A stretch of DNA of 64,000 bases, from assembly GCA_963796965.1 (NCBI GenBank), contig CAWCNS010000004.1:672001-736000 (forward strand), written 5' to 3'. Each line of letters opens with the position of its first letter. Positions within the stretch are counted from its first letter, which is position 1. The stretch is from Calditrichia bacterium (lineage in GTDB: Bacteria; Calditrichota; Calditrichia; JAJRVZ01). Of this stretch, positions 1 to 12,103 are shown one piece after another. Made by a program: the position numbers and the translations under genes. The notes beneath the pieces were generated by a model that ran no database searches, had not been told where the DNA came from, and saw only the letters and a list, made by a program, of their open reading frames with translations.

Positions 1-340
1 ACTCCAATTGATGAATTTGAAAAAATATCCTGTCGAATGCGGAAAGCCGTATAATTGGTTTGTATGGTAGCCATTTGTGTGAAAATATACGGATTTATAA
101 GAATCAGTAAAATAAGTACAAATTTTCTGAGTAATAAAAATCATGGAAATAGAAAATCTTTTGCTTTGCAGTGTGATATATATAGGTTGGGATAGTGTAG
201 ATATCTGAAATTCGGATTTATAATCCAATTACAATATCATAGAATCTATTGAGAGAAACGAAAATAAAAAAGACAAAGAAAGCCGTAAAGGCACACTTCT
301 AAGATTCTTTGACTAGCTTTAAAACGGTTTAGCCCTTTGT

Positions 341-484
341 TTAGCCTCTTAATTGATGTAGTTTATCGAGCTCTTCTTCATCATGTACTTTGCGCATCGT
401 ATCTTTTTGGATTGTATTTCTTCCCCAAAATATACCGATGGCTATTACCGCAGCGAGAATGATTAACGTTACAATTAGCCCCAT
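341..484 (-). CDS. Small single-pass membrane protein, 47 aa (MGLIVTLIILAAVIAIGIFWGRNTIQKDTMRKVHDEEELDKLHQLRG)
   Basis: Hand-translated, below the ORF-track cutoff; GGGGAGAG RBS before ATG, hydrophobic N-terminus, charged tail. Confidence 0.6.
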   Translation of the reverse strand: MGLIVTLIILAAVIAIGIFWGRNTIQKDTMRKVHDEEELDKLHQLRG

Positions 485-632
485 TATCTCTCCCCAGAGA
501 ATTATTCAAGATTTTAATTTGATATAGATGCATATAAATATAAGCACCGGAATGATTATATGAAAAAAAAATTATAAATAAAATAAAAATAGAGTTTTAG
601 TTGCAAAATTAACAGGTCGTTAAAATTTAAAA

Positions 633-1043
633 TCATAAAACTTTGAGAGCAGGATTCTTCCAATTATGGACTGCTTTTCGAAGGGTGTCGCGAGCGATTT
701 CTGCACATTCATATTTCTGTCTTGGAATCCCTTCCAGGTAGTCTATGATATCACTGGTATCAATTTTTTGAGCTTCTGTGAGTGATTTTCCCCTGATCAT
801 GTTGGTGATGGCCGAGGCACAGGATTGTAATCCCGCACAACCAATATAATCAAACATCGCATCTGTTATACAATCATCTTCGATTTTAAGGGATAGAAAC
901 AAAATGTCACCACAGGAACCCTGATGCTGCTCTGTTATAGAGGGCTTTTTCATACTACCCATATTGACTTGTTTCTCTAAGATTGATACGGCTTTTACAG
1001 AAAATCCCATATCAAGAAGCAATTTTTGTCGAACTTTATTCAT
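633..1043 (-). CDS. NifU/IscU-like Fe-S cluster scaffold protein
   Basis: Three conserved Cys in SCGD, GCAG and ECA motifs. Confidence 0.85.
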   Translation of the reverse strand: MNKVRQKLLLDMGFSVKAVSILEKQVNMGSMKKPSITEQHQGSCGDILFLSLKIEDDCITDAMFDYIGCAGLQSCASAITNMIRGKSLTEAQKIDTSDIIDYLEGIPRQKYECAEIARDTLRKAVHNWKNPALKVL

Positions 1044-1794
1044 CGATTTCTTTTCCTCTTACCTTAGCCTTCCAATTTGTTTTGAGTACGGCTAAGCTCC
1101 GTTTATCCTCATCAGCAACTATGTGGTGAAGATATTTATCTTCATTCTTCTGGGTCTTGACGATTACACGCTCACCGTATTTGGTTTCAGCACGATAACT
1201 AATTTCCAAATCTGTTAATTGATTTTTCCTCCAATCAGTGATCGGGATTGACTCTAAGGCCCATTCAATATATTTAACATTGTTTACATGTTGATTGATA
1301 TCCAAGTCATTTAGTCTCACATCATATTTTTTTTCAATATCGGGATTATCTGGAACAGAAAGTTTTAAAAATTGATCCTCAATGGCCCGAATTCTGTCTG
1401 GAGATTCAATGTCTTTCATGAAATCCGGCATGGAGAGAGGTTTAAGCGTTTTAAGGTCTAATATCATCCAGGAAGACGTACCCCTAACGATGATATTTTT
1501 GTTCTGGTCAAAAATCAGAAAATCACGTGTAGCATATTTTCCTTTCTTCCCAGAAGGCCAGGTTTCTAAATGTATTTTTTCCCGCCAATATGGAAATCTG
1601 GAGAATTGAACATGAAGCCGCGATAGCACCCAGGTCATATTTAATTTGAAAAGGTGATCAACGGCCACACCTAGTTTTGTCGCATGATTTCCCGCGGCCT
1701 CTTGTAAATAATTACAGATTGTTGGGACGGAAGCCTTCCCTTTTGCATCAACCTCATAGGCACGCACCAAAAAGTCTTCATGATGAATTAACAA
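1036..1794 (-). CDS. Acyl-ACP thioesterase (FatA/B-like double hotdog)
   Basis: YLQEAAGNHA and DLDINQHVNNVKY motifs; true start taken as TTG at 1794 after GGAGG; the ORF-track extension is translated repeat. Confidence 0.85.
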   Translation of the reverse strand: MLIHHEDFLVRAYEVDAKGKASVPTICNYLQEAAGNHATKLGVAVDHLFKLNMTWVLSRLHVQFSRFPYWREKIHLETWPSGKKGKYATRDFLIFDQNKNIIVRGTSSWMILDLKTLKPLSMPDFMKDIESPDRIRAIEDQFLKLSVPDNPDIEKKYDVRLNDLDINQHVNNVKYIEWALESIPITDWRKNQLTDLEISYRAETKYGERVIVKTQKNEDKYLHHIVADEDKRSLAVLKTNWKAKVRGKEIDE

Positions 1795-1830
1795 AAAACC
1801 TCCATATGGGTTTATATGAGTAACTAAATA

Positions 1831-2096
<266 letters not shown>

Positions 2097-2097
2097 T

Positions 2098-3054
2098 TTA
2101 CTCTCTTCTCTTTTCTCTCTTTTTTTCATTCCTTTGATACGCACTCACATCTGGGATCCCATCACGTCCACCAAGTTTGGTGCTGACCTCAGCTGCGGCC
2201 CAGGCTGCAAAATCTAATGTCTTTATCATATCCCACTTATTTAATATTCCAAAAGTAATCCCTGCGTGAAATACATCCCCGCAACCCGTTGTATCAATTG
2301 TTTCTACCGAATAGGCAGATCCCTCAATCCATTCCTTGTTAGCGCGTATCACATATCCATCTTCTCCTAAGGTGACACCAACAATCTGAGGACCAAGTCT
2401 TTGCAACGCCAGGCAGGCTTCCCTTGGATTATCTTCTCCCACCAATGATTGTGCAAATGGCCGCGAAACAATATAACAATCACTATGTGGCACCAGGTCG
2501 AGAGAATCCTTGCGGAGAGTACCGGCATCCACCACAACTGGTACACCCGCTTTGCGGGCCACCTGAGCAGCTTTTACAGAAGCCTCAATAAATAGGCCAT
2601 CGGTGTAAAAGAGGCGTGCATTACGGATGGCGTTTAAATCAAGTTCGTTCGGTTCTATGGGTAAGCCATTCGGTCTTTGCCAAAAGATCGTTCGTCTTCC
2701 TTTATATTTCTCGGTTACAATAAATGCCACCTGAGATGAGGATTGAGAGCGTACCAGGGTTCTGGATGTATCAATATTTTCAAGATATAGTGAATCTGTG
2801 AGTTTTTTACCATAAATATCATCACCAGCAAGTCCATTAAATGCACATGATAATCCCCACCTGGAGAGAGCCACCAATGCTGTCGCCACTGGGCCACCCC
2901 CAACTTCCATTAGAGATGACATTTCATATTTACAATCTGGAGGAGGATAGGAATCAATTTGTCCAATAAAATCCCAACAGCTTTGCCCTAATCCGAATAC
3001 ATCAAATTTTTTGTTTTCTACCGAATTTATTCCCGACATGTTACTTTTGCTCAA
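2098..3054 (-). CDS. PfkB-family carbohydrate kinase
   Basis: GGGPVATA and DTTGCGDVF motifs. Confidence 0.9.
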   Translation of the reverse strand: MSKSNMSGINSVENKKFDVFGLGQSCWDFIGQIDSYPPPDCKYEMSSLMEVGGGPVATALVALSRWGLSCAFNGLAGDDIYGKKLTDSLYLENIDTSRTLVRSQSSSQVAFIVTEKYKGRRTIFWQRPNGLPIEPNELDLNAIRNARLFYTDGLFIEASVKAAQVARKAGVPVVVDAGTLRKDSLDLVPHSDCYIVSRPFAQSLVGEDNPREACLALQRLGPQIVGVTLGEDGYVIRANKEWIEGSAYSVETIDTTGCGDVFHAGITFGILNKWDMIKTLDFAAWAAAEVSTKLGGRDGIPDVSAYQRNEKKREKRRE

Positions 3055-4178
3055 CTTCTAATATTAGGTTTATATCCAGTGGCTTTTCAGGTGTAAGCAA
3101 TAGATTCTGAACTTTATAAGACAAATCTAATTTCTTTTTACCCTTTGTAAGATGCTCAGTTTTCTCTATGCTGAACAATACAGTCTTGCCTCCATATAAA
3201 GTAAGTTTTTCCGGGGTAGTTATTTCTGCGACCTTATCTGTTCTAAGTAGGTCATAGTTAATGTCAGAGTGATTTGTAATTTGTATATATTGGTGATCGT
3301 TAATGCCAAAAGAGATCGAGGTGTTGTCGATCTCAATAGATTTCTCGAAAATGGGCTTTAGAAATTCTTCTTTTCCCACTAACATATTTCTCCAAAGAAC
3401 AGCTGTTCGTTGTTTAAAAAGAGCTTCTTTGATTGCCGATTCCTCTCTACTCTTAGCAAAAACTAATGTTACGGGTCTGCTATCACCTTTGAGATCATCA
3501 AAATGCATCTGTATAGGGGGGTGAATATCAGAGTTGCTCAGCATGGTTAGGTTTTTCTCCAGACACCAACGATGTGCTTCGGGGTAGTATTCTTTGTCAT
3601 TCACTACTTCTATACCATGTAACTGACCTTTTTGTAACAACTCAGTATGTTCGGGATACCAGCGGGCAATCCCATCTTTTTGTTGACCCCGCCAACCAGG
3701 GTGGTTCCAGAATATGAATGCTTCCTGACTGTCGAGCTACGGAGACGGCCTCCCGCCAGGTTTCAACATCTAATTTGTTTGCATCTTGGATAAATATGGC
3801 ATTCAAATGGCCCGGGGGCATATCGCGGGTTATTTCTGAACCCCTGATTACGGTAACATTAATGTTTTTCCCATACCCTTTAGCGATGTAGCCGGAACGG
3901 TTGTGGTTTGTGCGAATATCATCCTTATGAGGAAGATATTCAATATGATCTGTAATAGCTATAACATCAAGACCTTCGCGCCAGGCTTCTTCTGCCCTAA
4001 CTGTCGGCCAGACATCACCATCAGAGAAAACCGTGTGAATATGCAGATCACAAACAAGTGTTTGATATCCTGGAATATCGGGTATTTGTATTGGTGTTCG
4101 AACCCGCATTTGGGCATGACTTATATTACTGAAGATTATAAGAATTAGATAGAAATAAGGTAATGATAAATTTTTCAT
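3041..4178 (-). CDS. Secreted PHP-domain phosphoesterase (one frameshift near 3730)
   Basis: DLHIHT, ITDH, SDIH motifs; FWNHPGW recovered in the shifted frame. Confidence 0.8.
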
Positions 4179-4499
4179 TATTTGTTCTCCATTGTACTTT
4201 AGAATATTTTATCAATAAAAAAATATTTGGGTTTTATAAAAAACCTATTTATCAATTTTTAAAATGAGTTTCAAGGAAAATATATCCATGAATACCGATA
4301 ATATAGTCGAAATCCTTAGAATTCCCTCACCTTACTTTCATGATATACATGGGCATGTTAAATTAGGCGTATATTTGATTTATTAATTGGAATTATTACT
4401 AAAGATGTTCTATTAAATCCCAGACTAATAATGCCCACAAGTTATGATGGATTAAAATATCAAAGTACTTGTATCAAATTTAAATCGAAAGGAGATAGT

Positions 4500-7400
4500 A
4501 TGTTCGGATCGATTAAAATGGTAGTAGCCATATTCCTGTTGGTACTCCTCATCTCTGTTCAAATTGGGTATACCCAGACAAAATTACTTCGATTTCCTGA
4601 TATCCATCAGGATCAGGTTGTTTTCTGCTATGGTGGCGATATATGGAAATCTTCTGTCTCAGGGGGGACCGCAGTACGATTGACGGCCCATAAGGGTCAG
4701 GAAGTTTTTCCAAAGTTTTCTCCAGATGGAGAGTGGATTGCTTTTACAGGCCAGTATGATGGTGATGAGCAGGTTTATGTGATGCCCTCAGAGGGAGGCG
4801 AACCAATCCAGTTGACTTATTATCCGGCACATGGGCCCCTGGCACCGCGATGGGGATATGATAACCAGGTATATGGATGGTCTGTGGATGGCAAGAAAAT
4901 CTTTTTCCGCTCCCTTCGTGACGCAAATGGAGGAAGCACAGAAACTGCATTATATGTCGTTGATCGTAAGGGAGGCCTGCCGGTGAAATTGCCAATGCCA
5001 TCTTCCGGGGCGGGTGATTTTTCTCCCGATGGGAAGAAAATGGTGTACTCGCCCTTATTCCGAGATTTTCGAACCTGGAAACGCTATCAGGGGGGCTGGG
5101 CTCAAAATTTATTTATTTTTGATCTTTCGACATTCGTAACTAAAAAAATTGCGCCAAGTATTCGGACTGAAAGAGATCCCATGTGGATTGGAAGTGCTAT
5201 ATATTTTGTCTCTGACCGGACCGGTACTTTAAATTTATTTTCTTACAATATAGAAAACGAATCAGTCACACAACTAACAGAGAGTACTACCTGGGATGTT
5301 CGTTGGCCGTCTTCTGATAATCAGAATATGATCGTATATGAGCTGAATGGTGAGCTTCATATCTATGATATTAGTAAAAAATCAGATCGAAAAATATCAA
5401 TAATGGTGCCTGATGACGGCTTGGCCAGACGTCCATCAAAGTATTCAGCAGCAAAAAATATCGAAGATTTTGAGTTGTCACCGAAGGGTGAAAGGGCATT
5501 ATTTGTGGCTCGGGGAGATGTTTTTACAGCTCCAATTGAGAAAGGACCCACACGCAATCTGACAAATTCATCTAACGCCCATGATAAATCGGCAAGATGG
5601 GCACCGGATGGTAGCAAAATTGCATTTATATCAGATATGTCAGGTGAAGAACAAATTTATCTGGTTGATCAGCTGGGGAAAGGTGAGCCATTACAACTGA
5701 CAACCAGTCTTAACTCGATGCTTTCACCTCCTGTATGGTCACCAGATGGAAAACGCCTGGCTGTTTGTAATATGGATGGACAATTATATGTGATCACAAT
5801 CGATTCAAAAAAAATGATTGAGGTTGCTAATCATGAATTCGCTGAAATTTATGATTATAAATGGTCTCCCTTTGGCGGACATCTAGCCTTTTCTATGCGC
5901 GACTGGAGCGGATATCGTTCAATTTATATTTATTCTGTCTCTAGTGGAAAGACCCAACGAATAACAGGAGAAAACTTTAGCGAATATAGTCCGACCTGGG
6001 GAGTTAAGGGGGAGTATTTGTATTATCTTTCTGATAGACAATTTGCACCCCAAATTAGTACCTGGGAATGGAATTTTGCCGGAAATAGAGAAACAAGTAT
6101 TATTGCAATGGCCTTACGCGAAGATGTAAAGGATCCCTTTCCTCCTCTGAGCGATGAAGTGACATTCGGAGAAGAAGATAAAAACGAAAAAGATGAAAAG
6201 AAAAAAGAGAAGAAGAAAAAATTTATCAAAATTGATTTTAAGAATATCGAAAATCGTACAGCCCGTGTCACAATCGAGGATGATAATATGTGGGGGCTGG
6301 CTGCTGTTGAGGGACATCTCTTATTCGTGAAGTCCGGTGCCAGATTTTATGGTAGAGAAGAGCTATGTTAAACCAAGTCTACAGATCTATTGCTTTAAAG
6401 ATCGTGAACTATCTACTCTGGCTGAAAATACTTCAGGATATGCCCTTTCTTTGGATGGGAAAAAGGTGCTGGTAAAGCAGGAAAATGATTACAACCTGTA
6501 TGAAGTTAAACCAAAAGCGAATGAGAAGAAGTCCGTCCCAATAAATGGCCTTATGGTGGATAGAATACCCTCTGAAGAATGGGCAGAGATATTTGAGGAA
6601 ACGTGGAGGCGATTCCGGGACTTTTTCTATGTAAACAATATGCATGGCAATGACTGGTTTGCAATAGGTAATCAATATCGGCCGCTCTTGAAGTATGTGG
6701 CTCACCGCTCGGATCTTAATTATTTGCTTGGTGAAATGGTGGCGGAATTGAGTGTTGGGCATGCTTATATACAGGGTGGTGACTATGAAATCCCTCAACG
6801 TCCAAAGGTAGCACTCCCTGGGGCACGATTTGAACTGGATAAAGCATCCGGAATTTACCGGATTAAAACCATTTTTATGGGTCATAATGAAGAACCGAAA
6901 TACAGAGCCCCTCTGACTGAGATTGGGATAATGGCTAATGTTGGAGATTACGTTTTAGCTATCAATGGGAGAGAGTTAAAAGGAAATGACAATCCGTACC
7001 GTTTATTACAACATATTACTGATCCTGTTACCCTAACTCTGAATAGTAAACCCGAGAAAGAGAGAGCACGGCAGGTAACCTATAAGCCAATTACAAATGA
7101 GGCCAAATTACTATATTTACAATGGGTGGAAGGTAATCGGAAAAGAGTAAATGAGGCGTCTAATGGACGGGTTGGATATATGCATTTACCTGATATGGGA
7201 TCTGGTGGAATATATGAATTTATTAAGTGGTATTATCCCCAGATCAGAAAGGAAGGAATGGTTGTTGATGTCCGATCTAACGGCGGTGGAAATGTTTCCC
7301 AATGGATAATTGAGCGTCTGGATTCTAAATTACTCGGTACCCGTTTTGGTTATGACAGTGATAAAGCCACAACCTATCCCTATTCCGTATTTCATGGTCA

Positions 7401-7773
7401 CAAAGTTTGTTTGATTAATCAAACCTCTGCATCGGATGGAGATATCTTCCCACATTATTTCCGTGAAGCAGGGCTTGGTCCGCTCATCGGCAAACGCACC
7501 TGGGGCGGTGTTGTTGGAATATCGGGTAAAGGACCTTTTATTGATGGTGGTACCGCATTCGTACCCTTACGGGGTACCAATAATGCTGAGGGGCAATGGA
7601 TAATAGAGGGCCATGGGGTCGACCCGGATATTGAAGTTGAGAATGATCCAAAATCAGTGCTGGAAGGACATGATCCGCAACTGGAACGTGGAATCGAAGA
7701 GATCCTTAAAAAATTGGAAGAACAGCCAATGAAATTACCTTCCCGTCCGGCAGATCCGGTGAAGAAGAAATAA
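4500..7773 (+). CDS. Tricorn-like S41 protease (frameshift near 6355)
   Basis: PD40 beta-propeller repeats, PDZ region, DVRSNGGG, SASDGD, RTWGG; start at 4500 follows GGAG. Confidence 0.9.
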
Positions 7774-7884
7774 TACATGTTCATGATGGAGGAAATGGAA
7801 ATTGGGAATCCTTGGGCAGGATGAATTTTCTGGATATAAGACACGGGATTTTCACGATAGGACTAAGTTCCCAATTCCAAAATA

Positions 7885-9348
7885 TTAGTTTGGCCTTTGT
7901 CTGATCTGTGGACCGCCTAACTTTTTTAGCACCCGATCAAGATTGGACTTGTATAGTGAAGCATCTTCTCCACGAGTACTTTTTTCAATCCTAAATGCTT
8001 CAGAATAGTATTGAGCTGCTTCCTCAAATTGATCGTTAGTTTCATAGGCTTCACCAAGACTGTCATAAGCATTTGGGGAGTCAGGATAACTTAGAATGTT
8101 ACATTTAAAAATATCAATAGCATCAGAGATCCGGTTTTCGCTGAGTAAATAATAGCCATAGGCATGTAGAAGTGGTTCACTAAAGTCATAAGCCTCATTC
8201 TCGTCTGTCATGATAGATTTATAAAGTTCCACTGCTTTATCGATGCCGGACTCATTAATGGTCTGATCCATTTTTAAAGAAACTGGAATTTTGGGTAAAT
8301 CAGCTGGCTGATCATTTAATATATTTCTTATCCCTTTTAATAACCATGGCATAGGAACTCCACGATTGCTTAAATAGATGATTGTATTTTCATCTTCGAT
8401 GTATCGTTCGATATAGGTACTAAAACCGGCCAATCCTCCTGAATGTTCTACAATCTTTCCCTTATCATCTTCACGAATTTCCCAACCAAACCCATAATGG
8501 ATTGAACTATCATTAGCCAATTTAAAGGGTGTAAAGGCTTCTTCTCTGGTTTCGATGTTTATTAGATCTGTCCCATAAAGACCTCTGTCCCATTTAAACA
8601 AGTCCTCAACCGTTGTGTACATCCCCCCGGCTCCAGATGTAAAATGGGTGTAATCCCTCTCTTGACCAAAAGGATTATATCCAATGGCTCGATTTTTTAT
8701 AATTGGTTTGGATTGATCATAAACAAGTGTACGATTCATGTCTAAGGGATCAAAAATATTTTCCTTCATATACAGAGGAAAGGATCGGCCGGATACTTTT
8801 TCTACGATAAGCGAGAGTAACACATAAGCACCATTGCTATAATGATAGCCTGTCCCCGGATCGAAAAGAAGCTTGGGCTGATTCTGTAATACCTCTAATG
8901 CATCCTGATTGGTGATACCCTCGCTTTTGGTGATAATATCATAATGATCAGGTAACCCGGAGGTATGTGTCATCATATGACGAATGGTAATTTTGTTTGC
9001 ATAATCAGGGAATCCTGGGAAATATGTTTTGAGTTTATCATCATAAGAGAGTTTCTTTTGCTCTTTTAGAATCATAATTGCCATTGTCGTAAACTGTTTT
9101 GAAACGGAAGCAAGATAAAAAGCAGTTGCGGTATTCAGGCGTATTCCCGACTTCAGGTCGGTATAGCCATAAGCATTTTTGAACAACAGATTGCCGTTGC
9201 CGGCAACCAAAACACAACCACTAAACATTCCCATATCATAACATTCTTGGACAAATTTATCAATCGCGTCGGATTTGGAATCTGATCTCTGCGTACATCC
9301 ATTAAAGATTAGGGTAAGTAATAGAATTAAAGCCAAATAAAGTTTCAT
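7885..9348 (-). CDS. Serine hydrolase (class C beta-lactamase-like) lipoprotein with C-terminal TPR
   Basis: SVSK, YSN, HSG motifs; lipobox; NAYDSLGEAY TPR. Confidence 0.9.
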   Translation of the reverse strand: MKLYLALILLLTLIFNGCTQRSDSKSDAIDKFVQECYDMGMFSGCVLVAGNGNLLFKNAYGYTDLKSGIRLNTATAFYLASVSKQFTTMAIMILKEQKKLSYDDKLKTYFPGFPDYANKITIRHMMTHTSGLPDHYDIITKSEGITNQDALEVLQNQPKLLFDPGTGYHYSNGAYVLLSLIVEKVSGRSFPLYMKENIFDPLDMNRTLVYDQSKPIIKNRAIGYNPFGQERDYTHFTSGAGGMYTTVEDLFKWDRGLYGTDLINIETREEAFTPFKLANDSSIHYGFGWEIREDDKGKIVEHSGGLAGFSTYIERYIEDENTIIYLSNRGVPMPWLLKGIRNILNDQPADLPKIPVSLKMDQTINESGIDKAVELYKSIMTDENEAYDFSEPLLHAYGYYLLSENRISDAIDIFKCNILSYPDSPNAYDSLGEAYETNDQFEEAAQYYSEAFRIEKSTRGEDASLYKSNLDRVLKKLGGPQIRQRPN

Positions 9349-9403
9349 AAAGATTTCTCAAATAATGGAGAGTTGACAGTCGAAAAAGTATAAATGAAAT
9401 AAT

Positions 9404-9555
9404 ATAGAACGCGGATAACACAGATTTCCATGGATTAAATTTTATTATCTATAAAATTAATTCGGAATCTGAAGCCTCAGGCCACAGAAAATAATTATAA
9501 AACTATTATATTAAATCCGCGAAAATCCGTGTTATCCGTTTAATCCGCGTTCTAT
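9404..9555. repeat. Intergenic imperfect inverted repeat with 9-nt-period CGGAT/ATCCG arms
   Basis: ATAGAACGCGGAT... at 9404 versus ...ATCCGCGTTCTAT at 9555, AT-rich spacer. Confidence 0.85.
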
Positions 9556-9565
9556 GAGATTATCT

Positions 9566-10300
9566 CTACATTCCCATGCTATCGAAAAATGGGCCTAATA
9601 CGACACTTAAGACAATCCAGATGCCCCAGAGTGATAAAATTGGTACTGCGGCCTTTTTAGTGGTTGCCTTATAAGTAACTGACAATCCGATAATCCAAAG
9701 CACAACTTGCCAAATTGTAAAGACATTGAGATTTGAAAAAATTCTGTAGAGGGCGCTTTTTTCGCCGCCAATGGGCGGTGTGTCAAGCAAAATAGTCAGG
9801 TCCAGGGCAACACCTTGCATGGTCCCTTTAGATAAGATTAAAAGAGTCATGACGATAAGACTGAGAGTGCCAACCAGACCAGACCAACATACAATAGCGA
9901 ATACCTTTTTGTAGGATGAATCGCCGCCTATCATTAGGTTAGATGCCACATAAAAGATGGCAGCCATGATTAAAATCATAATCAACCAAACAATTGGTCC
10001 GGCAATAAAACCGACATATTTCATTGGTCCTGTCATTGAGGTTTTTGCTGCTTCCAATTGTTCTGCTGACAAACGGCCCTGGGCTTCCATTATCTCTATC
10101 CGCTCTGACATCTGAATATCAACAGTCAGAGTTTGAAAGATCAGAAAGATCACTATTCCAATTAAAAAGGGTAATAGCCAGGTTGGATTTTGATCGATTG
10201 CCTCGAAAGTCTGGCGAGGCGCAGTAAAAATGCCAATAATTTTTTGCATGGCACTCATTTCCGGTACAGTCGTGCTTGTGACAGGTGTTTCTTCACTCAT
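9566..10300 (-). CDS. YIP1-family membrane protein
   Basis: IFTAPRQTFEAI motif and about five TM segments. Confidence 0.8.
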   Translation of the reverse strand: MSEETPVTSTTVPEMSAMQKIIGIFTAPRQTFEAIDQNPTWLLPFLIGIVIFLIFQTLTVDIQMSERIEIMEAQGRLSAEQLEAAKTSMTGPMKYVGFIAGPIVWLIMILIMAAIFYVASNLMIGGDSSYKKVFAIVCWSGLVGTLSLIVMTLLILSKGTMQGVALDLTILLDTPPIGGEKSALYRIFSNLNVFTIWQVVLWIIGLSVTYKATTKKAAVPILSLWGIWIVLSVVLGPFFDSMGM

Positions 10301-10600
10301 ATTCCCTCCCATTGGTTTTGTGAGTTTACAGATTGGATGATTGTTATATACACCGGTTAATGGATTTTATTCTAATGGATGGATAAAATTTTATCTTACT
10401 TACGTATTGAAATTCAAAATGTTACCTAAGGTAAGCAGATCAATAAAGTGAGGCAAGAATAATTTTTATTGGAATAGAAGTATGCAGATTGTCTGGAAGA
10501 AACTTAGATTATTCTGTAACTTTAAAGTCGTGTAATTATTATCTAAACATGATTGAATCGTGGATGGTTCAATCTGGAAAACCATACATATTAATTACTT

Positions 10601-10730
10601 CTCCCTCTTTGTCAAGGAGGCTGATTGAGAACAGGGCAGGCTCTAATCCCGCAAGGGTGCGAGAATCTGGGATTATATCTAATCCATCCCTCCTCACTTT
10701 AGCAACCTGGTCAAGCATGGGATTAGGGAA
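10601..10730. repeat. Structured intergenic element, possibly a MITE bounded by a GTCAAG direct repeat inside a REP-like hairpin
   Basis: GTCAAG at 10611-10616 and 10710-10715; internal stems AGGAGG/CCTCCT and TAATCCC/GGGATTA. Confidence 0.45.
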
Positions 10731-10751
10731 TGGTATAAAGTTATTAGATCC

Positions 10752-12007
10752 ATGCAAAATTGTTTCCTTATACATTATGGCGAAATTAGTCTCAAAGGTA
10801 AAAACCAGCCCCAATTTCGCAAGCAATTGTTAAAAAACATCGCACTCTCATTAAGCAGTATTGGAATTGATTGGCCTGTTAAACAATTCAGGGGCTATTT
10901 ACTTTTAAAAATTGAAGATCAATCAAAGATTGAAGTCTGCCAGGAGCGTTCTTGCCAAGGTTATAGGGATAAACTGGTATTCGCCGGCCGAAAGAATGGA
11001 ATACGAGGGGTTTGGAGCTGACTCAGTTCAAAGCATATTAGGTAAAGTCGAATTGTCTTTATGTCATTTGGCACAAAAACTTTTTATCCCCGGTAATAGT
11101 TTTCGCGTAGACGTCAAAAGATCAGATAAACGCTTTCCTGGAAATTCAGTTGAAATGGAAAGAGATTTAGGGGAGAAGATCATTGAAAACACATCCTGGG
11201 AAAATGTTAACCTAAAAAAACCGAATCAAACATTTCATGTCGAAATACAACCAGGAGAAGTTTTTATACATTCAGAAAGGATCAAGGGAGCGGGAGGATT
11301 ACCGGTTAAGACAGCCCAAAAAGTATTAGTGATGCATTCCGGGGGGATTGATTCGCCCGTTGCAGCCTATCTGGTAGCACGGCGGGGATGTCATGTGGAT
11401 TTTGTTCATTTTACGGCCTCCCATGTTCAACCTGAAGAGATTATATCAGGAAAAATCGGCATACTGAGCTGCGAAACTGAGTGAGTATACCTTAAAATCG
11501 AAAGTCTATGTTTTACCCTCAACCTATTTTGATCTGGCTATCACAGGCAAGCGAATGGATTTTGAATTAATTCTTTTTCGACGATTTATGGCCAGGGCAG
11601 CTGAGAGACTATGTGAGCTGAGTCGAATGCATGCTATCGTTACTGGAGACAACCTATCCCAGGTTGCATCACAAACGTTGACTAATATTGCCTCGACGAC
11701 CAGGGCCATTGATATACCTGTACTACAACCATTGATTACCTATGAAAAAGAAGATATAATAAAGCTGGCTATTCAAATTGATACCTACGAATCTTCAATA
11801 CAACCCTATAAGGATTGTTGCTCACTTTTTCAACGCAATCCACGGACTGTGTCTGATCATGATGAATTATCCAAACTTGAATCGCAAATATTTTCAGACT
11901 ATGAAAAAATGATTACCCAGACTTTAGAGGACATGTTTTGGATAAGTTGCAAATATGGTAAGATAGAAAAATTTAAATTAAAACAGCCTTCTCAATCAAC
12001 GGATTAA
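10752..12007 (+). CDS. thiI: tRNA 4-thiouridine synthase ThiI without rhodanese domain (frameshifts near 10940 and 11470)
   Basis: HYGEISLKGKN, THUMP region, SGGIDS PP-loop, GDNLSQVASQT, DCC. Confidence 0.9.
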
Positions 12008-12103
12008 ATATTTCTCTCTCTAATGTGTGGGAATTAAATGATTCCTCGTGGCGTTCTCAATCTCTTGAATAAAAAACTAACATTATAATAGGAGAAATTT
12101 ATC

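Noticed and set aside
1..144. 5' end of a secreted protein on the minus strand
   Set aside because: Needs a frameshift right after the start and runs off the window; too little to support
10611..10730. TPP or SAM-I riboswitch upstream of thiI
   Set aside because: Only fragments (TGAGA, AACCTG, AGGGA) resemble TPP; the CTGAGA and TAAT...GCG core is missing; an Rfam scan is needed to exclude it fully
10489..10833. Overlapping ORFs across the thiI leader
   Set aside because: No recognisable motifs; they span a repeat and overlap the thiI start
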